Assembly: GCA_045105515.1 (NCBI GenBank)
Contig: JBGCDR010000035.1
Span: 413-64,412, forward strand
Reading direction: 5' to 3'
Length of the DNA stretch: 64,000 nt
From: Oligoflexales bacterium
GTDB taxonomy: Bacteria; Bdellovibrionota_B; Oligoflexia; Oligoflexales; Bog-1112
The position numbers and the translations under genes are program-made. The notes beneath the pieces were generated by a model. It had not been told where the DNA came from, made no database searches, and saw only the letters and a list, made by a program, of their open reading frames with translations. Of this stretch, positions 37,238 to 45,837 are shown piece by piece (positions within the stretch are counted from its first letter, which is position 1; each line of letters opens with the position of its first letter).

Positions 37238-38904
37238 AAGCTTAATTCCTGATGTTGAATAAAGTGCTCTCCAAGAGCACTGCGATCGATTTTAATATTA
37301 TGCCTTGGGTCCACGGGAAAGCTCTTATGGAGAAAGAATGTATCTATAGCCTCAGTGTGCTTATAAGATTTAGCTAAGCTCAAAAGTTCGTCCTTAAACA
37401 AACGTCTTTTTTTACTTCTTAGATTGCATTTATGGTCTTTTCTTTCTATTACAAGCGCCGGTATAGTACTTACACCTTTTGCTCCAATGCTTATTAAAGC
37501 TGTTCGTTTTATCTCCGGGTGTAGGTTGAAAATCGCTTCACATGGAATCGAATAAAAGGGTAATGATTCGCTCTCTATCTGATGAGCTTTACGACCACAA
37601 AACCAAAGCATCCCTTGAGGATCAAAATACCCCAGATCACCCATTCGATGCCAAAGACGCCCATTTTTTTTATCCTCTATTTTCGCAAAAGCTGTTTGCT
37701 GTTTGAGGCCATAGTACTGTGGAGTTACCTGATTTCCTGCCACGATGATCTCACCAATCTCTCCAGGGCCTAGTTCTTTACAATCACTAAGACTCTTGAT
37801 GATTTGAGAAGTCTGAGCGACAACCTTAACCTCCGTCTCAGGAGCTGGAAATCCAACACAAGTTCCCTTTCCCTGTTTGGAGGCGTTCAAGGTATCCTCG
37901 ATCACATCATTTCCACTAATACTTGTAACTGGCAAACATTCAGTTGCCCCATAAGGGGTATAAGTCTGACCATTAATCAAAATTTGGCGAAAATCTGCTA
38001 ATATCCCTGGAGGTACAGGCGCACCAAACATCATCAAATGTTTTACTGATGGAAGGTTCAAATTCTTTTGTTTACAGTACCCAGCAAGTCTCTCCCAAAT
38101 TGCGGGTGAACCTCCCATTGTCGTCACCCCTTGATCATTAATTGCTTCAAACAACTTTCGAGGATCACACTGTACCGGCTTACTCGGATTCATAGGAGGG
38201 ATAACACTAGTCACACCCATTGCCATAGTCATCAAACAAAATAAGGGAAAACCCGGCATATCAACATCTTGCTCACTCATACAGAATAATTGTTTAAGGA
38301 GTCTAACTTGAGTAGCAAAAATTCCATGTGTATAGCATACCCCCTTGGGCTTACCAGTTCCCCCAGAGGTAAATAGTATTGCAGCAAGATCATCTGCCGT
38401 AGCTGAAAACGTTGGAAAAGGGTATACAGCAAGTTTCCGGCCTTTTTTGAGAAGATTTCTAAGGCTACTAGCAGAAATACCGAAACGACCGGTAGTAATG
38501 GTATTTTTTATAGACTTAAACTGTTCAGGATAGAATCTTCTCATAACATGAACTACTGGTTCGGCAATGAGCAATTGTGGCTTAACTTCAGCAATTGCTG
38601 TCAATAAATTCTTCTTACCCATACCAGGGTCAATCATAATCGGAATTGCTCCAATCTTAAACAGAGCAAATACAACGAGAGGGAATTCCAAGGATGGTTT
38701 GAGAAAAAGCAAGACTAGGGTTCCTTTCTTGACCCCTAGCTGTTGAAAGCTATATGCAAGTGCTTCCGCATCTTTCTCTATAGCTTGGTAGGTATAATGG
38801 GTATAAGTATATCGTCGGTACAGGTCTCTGCCATTAGGAAAAATAACTGCTTTCTTATATGGGTTCTTTTTTGCCTGAATCTTAATGAGTTCTACAATAT
38901 TCAT
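37234..38904 (-). CDS. oleC: OleC: AMP-dependent ligase-family beta-lactone synthetase
   Basis: AMP-binding signature FTSGGTGKPKGV, YGATE and a later GDLGYFD..G.LWFCGRK block. 556 aa. It overlaps oleB by 23 nt. Confidence 0.85.
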   Translation of the reverse strand: MNIVELIKIQAKKNPYKKAVIFPNGRDLYRRYTYTHYTYQAIEKDAEALAYSFQQLGVKKGTLVLLFLKPSLEFPLVVFALFKIGAIPIMIDPGMGKKNLLTAIAEVKPQLLIAEPVVHVMRRFYPEQFKSIKNTITTGRFGISASSLRNLLKKGRKLAVYPFPTFSATADDLAAILFTSGGTGKPKGVCYTHGIFATQVRLLKQLFCMSEQDVDMPGFPLFCLMTMAMGVTSVIPPMNPSKPVQCDPRKLFEAINDQGVTTMGGSPAIWERLAGYCKQKNLNLPSVKHLMMFGAPVPPGILADFRQILINGQTYTPYGATECLPVTSISGNDVIEDTLNASKQGKGTCVGFPAPETEVKVVAQTSQIIKSLSDCKELGPGEIGEIIVAGNQVTPQYYGLKQQTAFAKIEDKKNGRLWHRMGDLGYFDPQGMLWFCGRKAHQIESESLPFYSIPCEAIFNLHPEIKRTALISIGAKGVSTIPALVIERKDHKCNLRSKKRRLFKDELLSLAKSYKHTEAIDTFFLHKSFPVDPRHNIKIDRSALGEHFIQHQELSL

Positions 38905-39784
38905 CTTTAACTAAAAACCTCTCCATTGCAGCAAGCACAGCTTGCGTCTCATCTTCGAGTAAATAATGCCCCCCTTCAGGGAATACAATGGACTTGGCTC
39001 TAGGGAAAAGAGTTTTCCACTTTTCCAAAAAACCTAGATGAAAGCAAAAGTCCTTAGCTCCCCATAGGAGCTGCATTGGAGCCTGCAAATTCCCAAGGCC
39101 TAACTCAATTGACCTCACAGTTTCATAGCTTGGATGGCTTGAAAAATAAGGTATATCTTGAACAAACCGTGCTATTCCAATCCGATTACGATAATTGTTA
39201 TAGGGGAACAAAAGGCCTTTTTTTACTTTTGGATCTAAGCCCTTACCTGTAGCCATAAATGAAGCTGCCAGTGCAAAAGCATTAAACCTTCGCATAAGCA
39301 TCTCACCCACAACAGGAGTTTTACATGCACTGATACGTTTCGGAATATCTCTAGATAAGAAAGCTGCAGAATTCATGACAATAACATTTTCAACCTTTTC
39401 AGGATGCTTCACAGCAAAACCTAAACCAATTGCTCCTCCCCAATCATGAAGTAACAAGGAGACTTTATCAATATTTAAACCTTCTATTAAAGCCTCGAAA
39501 TTTTTAATATGATTGCTGAGAGTATAGGAATAATCTTGAGGGTGATCTGACAAACCACATCCAAGATGATCGAATGCTACGACCCGCATCTTCTCGCGAA
39601 AATGCTCAATCACGTTGCGAAAATAAAAAGACCAAGTAGGGTTGCCGTGAACACAAATAAGTGCCTTTCCTTTACCTTCATCAATGTAATTGAGACGGTA
39701 ATCATGTGCACTTTCTCCACCATCTAGCAAGAATGACCGGGCTTGAAAAGGTAGGAATTCATCTGAAGTTTGAGGATTCACCAC
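38882..39784 (-). CDS. oleB: OleB: alpha/beta-hydrolase (haloalkane-dehalogenase-like) beta-lactone decarboxylase
   Basis: HGNPTWSFYFR and the nucleophile elbow LLLHDWGGAIG (Asp nucleophile, as in haloalkane dehalogenases and OleB), plus a C-terminal GGHYLLED His motif. The GTG start overlaps the oleA stop (GTGGTGA). Confidence 0.85.
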   Translation of the reverse strand: MVNPQTSDEFLPFQARSFLLDGGESAHDYRLNYIDEGKGKALICVHGNPTWSFYFRNVIEHFREKMRVVAFDHLGCGLSDHPQDYSYTLSNHIKNFEALIEGLNIDKVSLLLHDWGGAIGLGFAVKHPEKVENVIVMNSAAFLSRDIPKRISACKTPVVGEMLMRRFNAFALAASFMATGKGLDPKVKKGLLFPYNNYRNRIGIARFVQDIPYFSSHPSYETVRSIELGLGNLQAPMQLLWGAKDFCFHLGFLEKWKTLFPRAKSIVFPEGGHYLLEDETQAVLAAMERFLVKDEYCRTH

Positions 39785-40803
39785 TGAACTCCTAGCATCA
39801 TACAGTTGAGACCAGAGCCAATACCTAGTAGTGCCAGAAGATCACCACTCTTAAAAGTGCCTTTTTCTTCCTGCAAGGATAATGAAAGTGGGGTTGCTAC
39901 TGTGCCGGTGTTCCCTAAGGTCTGCATATCGAAAAAAGCTTTTCTTTCATCAAGCCCAAGCAAATTAAAAACTTTGGATTGATGTGAACGACTAACCTGA
40001 TGGTTAAAAATATAATCGGGGGTGCTGTTATCCCATCCCAAATGTTGCTTAAAATATTCCCAAGTTACCTGCGAAAGAGCTAAACCAGATTTCATTAACC
40101 CACTAGTATTTGTCACCATCGTCTGATGGTAGCAATCTCCATGACCTTCACATAGATCATAAGCATCATTATCAGTTTGGGAGACCCCTCCCAAAAGATA
40201 GTGCTGGCTTCGGCTTATATCCTTATGCTGCAATACAAATGCAACAGCACCCGAGCCAAGAGTCAAGCTAGCCATAGACTCGCGGATGTTAGCTCCTTCC
40301 TGGTTTTCAAGTAGGGCTTTGATCGTAACTTCGTAAATTGGCGCTGAGTTTTCGCCAGAGACAACAAGGGCAGTTTTGATCTGGCCAAGCTCTATCATAT
40401 TTGCCGCAACCGTCAGACCATTTAAAAAACCTAGACATGCATTTGAAAGATCAAATGCCATGCAGTGAGGAGGCAAGTTTAACTCGTGATGAACCACATT
40501 TGCTGTGGAGGGCTCCGATGCATCGCGACAAACCCCGGTATGCATCACGAGGTCGACCTCTTCCGGAGCAACTCCTGCCTTAACCAAAGATTTTCTTCCA
40601 GCTTGCGAGGCAACAGATGAAGGTTTTGTGCCAACAGGCCAAACTCTGCGGGACCGAATCCCAGTGAGTAACTCTAAATACCCTGTCTGCAATGAATATC
40701 TGTCCCACAATGGCTTTAACCTGGTCTCAATTTCCTCGGAAGTTAACTCCTGCTCAGGTAAAAAATGTCCGGTTGATTCGATACATACATTGCGATATCT
40801 CAT
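39778..40803 (-). CDS. oleA: OleA: FabH-like thiolase catalysing head-to-head acyl-CoA Claisen condensation
   Basis: Blocks EPSTANVV, HCMAFDLSNACLGFLNG (active-site Cys), ALVVSGE, LTLGSGA, NHQVSRSH, GNTGTVATP and the C-terminal LALLGIGSGLNCMMLGVQW. These agree with my recollection of Xanthomonas-type OleA rather than housekeeping FabH. Confidence 0.88.
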   Translation of the reverse strand: MRYRNVCIESTGHFLPEQELTSEEIETRLKPLWDRYSLQTGYLELLTGIRSRRVWPVGTKPSSVASQAGRKSLVKAGVAPEEVDLVMHTGVCRDASEPSTANVVHHELNLPPHCMAFDLSNACLGFLNGLTVAANMIELGQIKTALVVSGENSAPIYEVTIKALLENQEGANIRESMASLTLGSGAVAFVLQHKDISRSQHYLLGGVSQTDNDAYDLCEGHGDCYHQTMVTNTSGLMKSGLALSQVTWEYFKQHLGWDNSTPDYIFNHQVSRSHQSKVFNLLGLDERKAFFDMQTLGNTGTVATPLSLSLQEEKGTFKSGDLLALLGIGSGLNCMMLGVQW

Positions 40804-41049
40804 AGAGTTGCTCCGAAAACGCCTTCAAATTCAAACACTCAAAAAATAAAAGCTGCTTGGTTTCTGTCCAATCCCTTGAAATCCAGTGAAGCTTTTTCAC
40901 TGGAACAAACATCAGGTAAAAAGCAATACTGTTATAGAGGTTCAAGCCAAATTCTGTAATCTTTATTTTATTCGCGATTGAATCTGGCTCTCTAGCTATT
41001 TGTAAGAAGTTATATAATTATAGAAAATAATTTTGACTATTGATATCTT

Positions 41050-42078
41050 ATGAAGATTAGCCATAAAATTCGAATCGCACGAATGTGGCCATTTAGAGTC
41101 TTCAATTTTCGGAGGGTCAAGGCGTTGGATCGAAATTTTGCATTAGAGTTCGCGCGCGTAAGTGAGGCTGCTGCCTTAGCTTCCTCAAGATTCATGGGAC
41201 GTGGTAATGAAAAAGCCGCAGATCATGCGGCTGTAGAAGCGATGAGAAAGGCCTTTGATTCCATATATTTTGATGGGACTGTAAAAATAGGTGAAGGGGA
41301 GCGCGACGAAGCTCCTATGCTTTATATAGGTGAAAAAGTTGGGCGAGGGGATGGCCCCAAATTAGACCTTGCAGTTGACCCACTGGAAGGTACAACCATC
41401 ACCGCAAATGGCGGACCAAACGCCCTTTCAGTTATCGCAATAGCTACAGAAGGAAACTTTCTTCATGCGCCTGATGTTTATATGGAGAAAATAGCAGTTG
41501 GCCCCGAGGCTGCGAATGCGATTGACTTAACAGCAAGCGCTACTGAAAATCTAAAGAATGTGGCAAAAGCAAAAAAATGTAACGTCTGTGATTTAACGGT
41601 TACTCTTCTCGATCGACCTCGCCATGAGGAGCTGATCAGAGAAGTACGAGAGACAGGAGCACGCATCTGGATGATAGGTGATGGCGATGTTCAAGCTGCT
41701 ATTGCGGCTGGGATGCCTGATACAGGAGTAGATATTCTCATGGGAGAAGGTGGAGCACCTGAGGGAGTCATTGCTGCTGCTGCATTAAAGTGCATTGGTG
41801 GAAGCTTACAAGGCCGACTAAAATTTAGAACTGAAAACCAGAAAAGCCGAGCTAAAACCATGGGTATTAGTGACCTCGACAAAGTCTACATGCGAGATGA
41901 ACTAGCGAACGGGCACGTAATGTTTTGTGCTACCGGAGTCACAGATGGCTCAATGCTAAAAGGGGTTAAATTCAGAGGAGGTGGAGCCACCACCCATTCT
42001 ATGGTTATGAGGTCTGAAACAGGTACTCTGCGATTTATTGAAGCTTATCACGATTTCACACGCAAACCATTTTTCTAG
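41050..42078 (+). CDS. glpX: Fructose-1,6-bisphosphatase class II (GlpX)
   Basis: NFALEFARVSEAAALASSRFMGRGNEKAADHAAVEAM, DPLEGT and the GlpX-like sequence throughout. The true start is probably TTG at 41125 (in frame, GGAGGG 8 nt upstream), which removes a non-homologous 25-aa extension. Confidence 0.9.
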   Translation: MKISHKIRIARMWPFRVFNFRRVKALDRNFALEFARVSEAAALASSRFMGRGNEKAADHAAVEAMRKAFDSIYFDGTVKIGEGERDEAPMLYIGEKVGRGDGPKLDLAVDPLEGTTITANGGPNALSVIAIATEGNFLHAPDVYMEKIAVGPEAANAIDLTASATENLKNVAKAKKCNVCDLTVTLLDRPRHEELIREVRETGARIWMIGDGDVQAAIAAGMPDTGVDILMGEGGAPEGVIAAAALKCIGGSLQGRLKFRTENQKSRAKTMGISDLDKVYMRDELANGHVMFCATGVTDGSMLKGVKFRGGGATTHSMVMRSETGTLRFIEAYHDFTRKPFF

Positions 42079-42225
42079 TTGAAATACCCAGTTTCTTTGA
42101 CTTTCAGCTAGCAAAACAACCTCAACTTTTTTGATAAATCTTGCATGCAGCACCTCATAAAATGAGTCGCTCCCTGTGATATCAAATTTATAACAAATAC
42201 GGGTGTAATGCAGTAGGTAAGAGAT

Positions 42226-42663
42226 ATGTCTGAAATCGATTTAAATCATTATCCTCTAAATGCAAATGTTCGAGTATTACTTTCCCTAGGTATGTGTCAA
42301 CTTGTGGTATCAGCCAAAGGAAGGTCTATCAACGAACTTGGCATGAATGCTATCATTGATCTCAGCGCTCTCGAAAAAGAAAACTTGCCCGCAGAATGGC
42401 AATACCTCATGGAATCATTCCAAAACTGCATGGTTCAGATTGAAAGTGATCTCATCACAGATCCAATCATGATTGAATGTTACCTTGAGCAAACTCTTGT
42501 TTATGGTAATGTGGTCGAACTTAATCTATCCTTTTTTGACAATAGTCTGCCAATGTTAAGTGAGCTTACTACGCAAGTAAGGCAACATTGGAAGGAAAAA
42601 AGACATTTTAACCAAAAAAGAGAAAGCCCTCTAAAAATTAAAAAGTCCAAAAAAAGATTCTAA
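42226..42663 (+). CDS. Hypothetical protein (145 aa) with a basic C-terminal tail
   Basis: ORF only, with a K/R-rich tail KRHFNQKRESPLKIKKSKKRF. No motif recognised. Confidence 0.4.
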   Translation: MSEIDLNHYPLNANVRVLLSLGMCQLVVSAKGRSINELGMNAIIDLSALEKENLPAEWQYLMESFQNCMVQIESDLITDPIMIECYLEQTLVYGNVVELNLSFFDNSLPMLSELTTQVRQHWKEKRHFNQKRESPLKIKKSKKRF

Positions 42664-42729
42664 ATAATGGCTTGCTGATGTTAGCCCGATATCAACAAGT
42701 CCTCTTTAAAGAGAATAAATAACTAAATC

Positions 42730-44046
42730 CTAAAAAAGAGAGGAAAATGAAGACTCTTGTAGAGAGTTTCGGAGGTTTTCATCTAAAAATACAGTATAGT
42801 CTAAGAGAGTAGCATTTCTCAGTTGATCCATAGCATTTAACACTTTAAAAACACCATTAGGCTCTATTCCAGTAAATTGTTGTTCATAATGCTTAAGTAT
42901 ACTGATATAGCCAGGTTTCGCATTAGCCTCAATTACTACTGGAACACCTTTACCATCGAAAATAATATCTATTCCAAGCTCTGCAAGCGATTTTCCAGGA
43001 AGGAGCTGTTCAATAGCTTTGTGGGATGCTATTGCCAATGTTCGTGCAGTATCCAATAATATTTCAGACTGATCCCCTGCAAACTCAGCAATTAAACTAG
43101 ATTTAGCAAAATACCCTCCTTGGCTAATATTCCCACCTACCCTTAATAGTGACCCTGTAACTTGTACTTGATTTCCCCTATTTCTTTGGGTAGTTATTCT
43201 AAGGTCAAACTTTCTGCCTGCCAAGGTAGAACTATAAATTCCCTGTTGTACGATATAATCGCCAATAGAGTAATTAAATATAGTTCGAGCAATAGACTGT
43301 ATAATAGAGAACATACCAACGTGATCTAGTTTTTCGAAGTGAACCTTATAAAAAGTTGAAAACTCAGATATCGGTTCATAAATACCGTGCTCGAGTATCT
43401 CAGCAGTTTTCGGGATATTTATAGTCAGATTAAATCGGTCTTCTTCTAACTTTTCGACGATGAATATTCCTTTGCCACCACTACCATATATCGGTTTCAC
43501 AAAAACTAAGTCATTTCGTTCTATAAGTTTTAACAGATTTTTTTCATTGAATTCATAAGTAGCAGGATGATTCAAATTTGCGGCCTGCATAGCAAAGGCA
43601 AAATCTTTCTTATTTGACACCTTAGATACTAATTCTGGGTCATTCAGAAAGGTGATACCGTCATGAATTTTCATTCTTCTCCTAAGAGATTTTCCACTTT
43701 TCTTTTGGAGGTATTTTTTATTTTTTAGAAAAAAATAATCATAAACAAAATGAGGGATGGGTGCTTTTTTTGCTTTATACCAAACAAATCCCTTAGATTC
43801 TAGCTTTAGAAAGTAAACATCCCTTAAACAATTATTTCTTTTATCTAAGGTTGAAGTATGGTGAATATTAAATATCATGAAATTTGCATCCCTTGCAAGT
43901 TTATGTAGGTCCGACCTACTTTCTCTTGCAGCAAAAACCCCAAGAATATATCTATAGCCTCCTTGATCTAGCCTTTCTACTTCTGGATATGATGCATATG
44001 AATATTCACTAGAAAATAGCGTAGCTATAAAAAAAATCCACTTCAT
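42730..44046 (-). CDS. ATP-grasp enzyme (YheC/YheD-like) with an N-terminal signal-peptide-like segment
   Basis: FVKPIYGSGGKGIFIV (phosphate-binding loop region) and ELGIDIIFDGKGVPVVIEANAKPG (Mg/ATP-binding E-x-N). The N-terminus MKWIFFIATLFSSEYSYA looks like a cleavable signal. Confidence 0.6.
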   Translation of the reverse strand: MKWIFFIATLFSSEYSYASYPEVERLDQGGYRYILGVFAARESRSDLHKLARDANFMIFNIHHTSTLDKRNNCLRDVYFLKLESKGFVWYKAKKAPIPHFVYDYFFLKNKKYLQKKSGKSLRRRMKIHDGITFLNDPELVSKVSNKKDFAFAMQAANLNHPATYEFNEKNLLKLIERNDLVFVKPIYGSGGKGIFIVEKLEEDRFNLTINIPKTAEILEHGIYEPISEFSTFYKVHFEKLDHVGMFSIIQSIARTIFNYSIGDYIVQQGIYSSTLAGRKFDLRITTQRNRGNQVQVTGSLLRVGGNISQGGYFAKSSLIAEFAGDQSEILLDTARTLAIASHKAIEQLLPGKSLAELGIDIIFDGKGVPVVIEANAKPGYISILKHYEQQFTGIEPNGVFKVLNAMDQLRNATLLDYTVFLDENLRNSLQESSFSSLF

Positions 44047-44250
44047 GGGTAAAGCCTTTCGAATTTATTGAATCTAATTTTAACCGAAAAGCTAATGTAA
44101 TTGGATAGAATAAAATTTGAAATAAATAGTTAACCAAGCGGCAATTTCAGCATAAAGTTTTGTAGGCACTGAAAATACAGAAGAAACCTTGGATAGAATC
44201 CAGCCTATGGATGCGGTATTCTGCCCAAGTTATATAATAATACAAATGGG

Positions 44251-44889
44251 TCAGTTAACGTTTTTATAGAACCTTAAGCCATGTAGGTCATCAAAAATAC
44301 ATTTACCTGTCCTAACTTTCTTTTCCAATTCTTGATGAATTGCAGAAACAGGCATATTTGCGGTATGAATAGAGCGAATTATTTTTTCTACATCGTAATA
44401 ATACATTTTCAGGGTATTGTAAATATAGGCACGATCCTGATCAGTGATTTCACCAGTTCTTTCAGATTTATGTAGTTTTACAGCGTTCTCGACTTTTTCA
44501 AGGAGATCTTCTTTATCGAAGGGTTTTTCGATAAGATTATATGCTCCAGCATGAAAAGCTTCACGAATAACTTTATCATTAGCATTTCCTGTTACAAAAA
44601 GAAAAGGAATAGCTATCTGCTTTTTCTTAAATTCATGAAGAAGAGCCAAACCATTTATTAAAGGCATAAGAATGTCACAGATAACAACATCATAAGTATT
44701 ACGTTTTACCATCTGGAAGGCCGTAAATCCATCTCCTGCATAGTCAATCTCAAGAAATTCACCTAAAGACAACTGCACAATCTGGTAAAACTCATAGTTA
44801 TCATCTACCAATAGCACCTTATACTTTTTAGATGCATCATCACTTGATTTCTTTTCTTCTGAATCAGTATCGTTTTTGTGATCTTTCAT
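44251..44889 (-). CDS. Response regulator: receiver domain plus a C-terminal region of about 70 aa and unknown function
   Basis: VLLVDDN, phospho-acceptor VVICDILMP, FVTGN and EKPF are the REC signatures. The track ORF starts at 44964. The ATG at 44889 (MKDHKND..) behind GGTGGG is the more plausible start. Confidence 0.75.
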   Translation of the reverse strand: MKDHKNDTDSEEKKSSDDASKKYKVLLVDDNYEFYQIVQLSLGEFLEIDYAGDGFTAFQMVKRNTYDVVICDILMPLINGLALLHEFKKKQIAIPFLFVTGNANDKVIREAFHAGAYNLIEKPFDKEDLLEKVENAVKLHKSERTGEITDQDRAYIYNTLKMYYYDVEKIIRSIHTANMPVSAIHQELEKKVRTGKCIFDDLHGLRFYKNVN

Positions 44890-45116
44890 AATCCCACCAT
44901 AGCTCAAAGAATCAATTAAACATAGGCAAGTGAATTTTTTACTTACATATCTATATATCTTCAAAATGCCAAGAAAACTTGAGTACTTTCTTATTTTTTT
45001 AATTTTGGTTAAAAGCTACCGGATCAGTTGTTATACTCTACTGATATTATGATATTTTTTTTAATTGTTTCATCGTAAGATGATGGTAAGAAAATGGTAT
45101 TTTTTTCTAAAAAAAT

Positions 45117-45165
45117 GGTCTCGAGGAGTAAAATTCAAAAATCAACGAAGTATCGAGCCCAAATC
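45117..45165. repeat. Possible partial copy (F) of the dispersed intergenic repeat
   Basis: GGTCTCGAGGAGTAAAA...GTATCGAGCCCAAATCTCAC shares the ACTCCTCGAG 10-mer (reverse orientation) with copy A and the TCGAGCCC block with copy C. Confidence 0.25.
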
Positions 45166-45179
45166 TCACTTAATCAAGT

Positions 45180-45680
45180 CTAATTGAGGTATTGTTCAAT
45201 TTCTCCTGCAATTTTATCAGGGCTATCTTTAGGGGCAAACCTTTTGATTGGAACACCCTGATTATTTACAAGAAACTTTGTAAAGTTCCATTTGATCGCT
45301 TTACTGCCAAATACTCCTGGCGCTTTCTCACAAAGATATTTGAAAAGAGGGTGAGCACCCTCCCCATTTACTTCGACTTTTTGGAACATAGGAAAACTAA
45401 CACCATAGTTTAAGCGACAGAACTCACCAATTTCTTCATTGTTATTAGGCTCTTGCGCCCCAAATTGGTTACACGGAAAGCCCAACACTACAAAATCACG
45501 TTCACTGTATTCTTGAAAAAGATCTTCTAGCCCCTTGTATTGCGAGGTAAACCCACAATTACTTGCAGTGTTAACTATTAGCAGAGCCTTTCCTTTAAAT
45601 TGGGCTAAATCTAATTTCTCTCCATTAATAGATTTTGCCTCAAAAGCATAGACACTATCAACCATGACTTTTCGCTCCAA
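45180..45680 (-). CDS. gpx: Glutathione peroxidase (Cys-type)
   Basis: LIVNTASNCGFTSQY (peroxidatic Cys), LGFPCNQFGAQEP and KWNFTKFLV are the canonical GPx blocks. Confidence 0.9.
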   Translation of the reverse strand: MERKVMVDSVYAFEAKSINGEKLDLAQFKGKALLIVNTASNCGFTSQYKGLEDLFQEYSERDFVVLGFPCNQFGAQEPNNNEEIGEFCRLNYGVSFPMFQKVEVNGEGAHPLFKYLCEKAPGVFGSKAIKWNFTKFLVNNQGVPIKRFAPKDSPDKIAGEIEQYLN

Positions 45681-45775
45681 TAATAACTGTTACGAATAAA
45701 AAGACTTACTCATCATATTTAGCACTAAGAAAAGATCTTTAGAAGTAAAACTACTGAAATTTTCAGGAAGAGGAT

Positions 45776-45836
45776 TCTTGCTCCACTTCTTTCGAGGGGC
45801 AACTAGCACTCCGCTTAAAAAGGAGGGCTCGAGAGT
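45776..45836. repeat. Dispersed intergenic repeat, copy C
   Basis: Minus-strand reading begins right after the stop of the 362-aa gene: AAACTCTCGAGCCCTCCTTTTTAAGCGGAGTGCTAGTTGCCCCTCGAAAGAAGTGGAGCAAGA. It aligns end to end with copy B (CTCGACCTCCTCT...CTCGAAGGGAGAAGAGTAAGA). Confidence 0.45.
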
Positions 45837-45837
45837 T

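Noticed and set aside
40886-40906. Hairpin CCAGTGAAg-ctt-TTTCACTGG upstream of oleA as a riboswitch or attenuator
   Set aside because: It is a single 8-9 bp hairpin without a T-run or an alternative structure. That is insufficient to call a regulatory element. I noted it only as a possible 5'-UTR feature.
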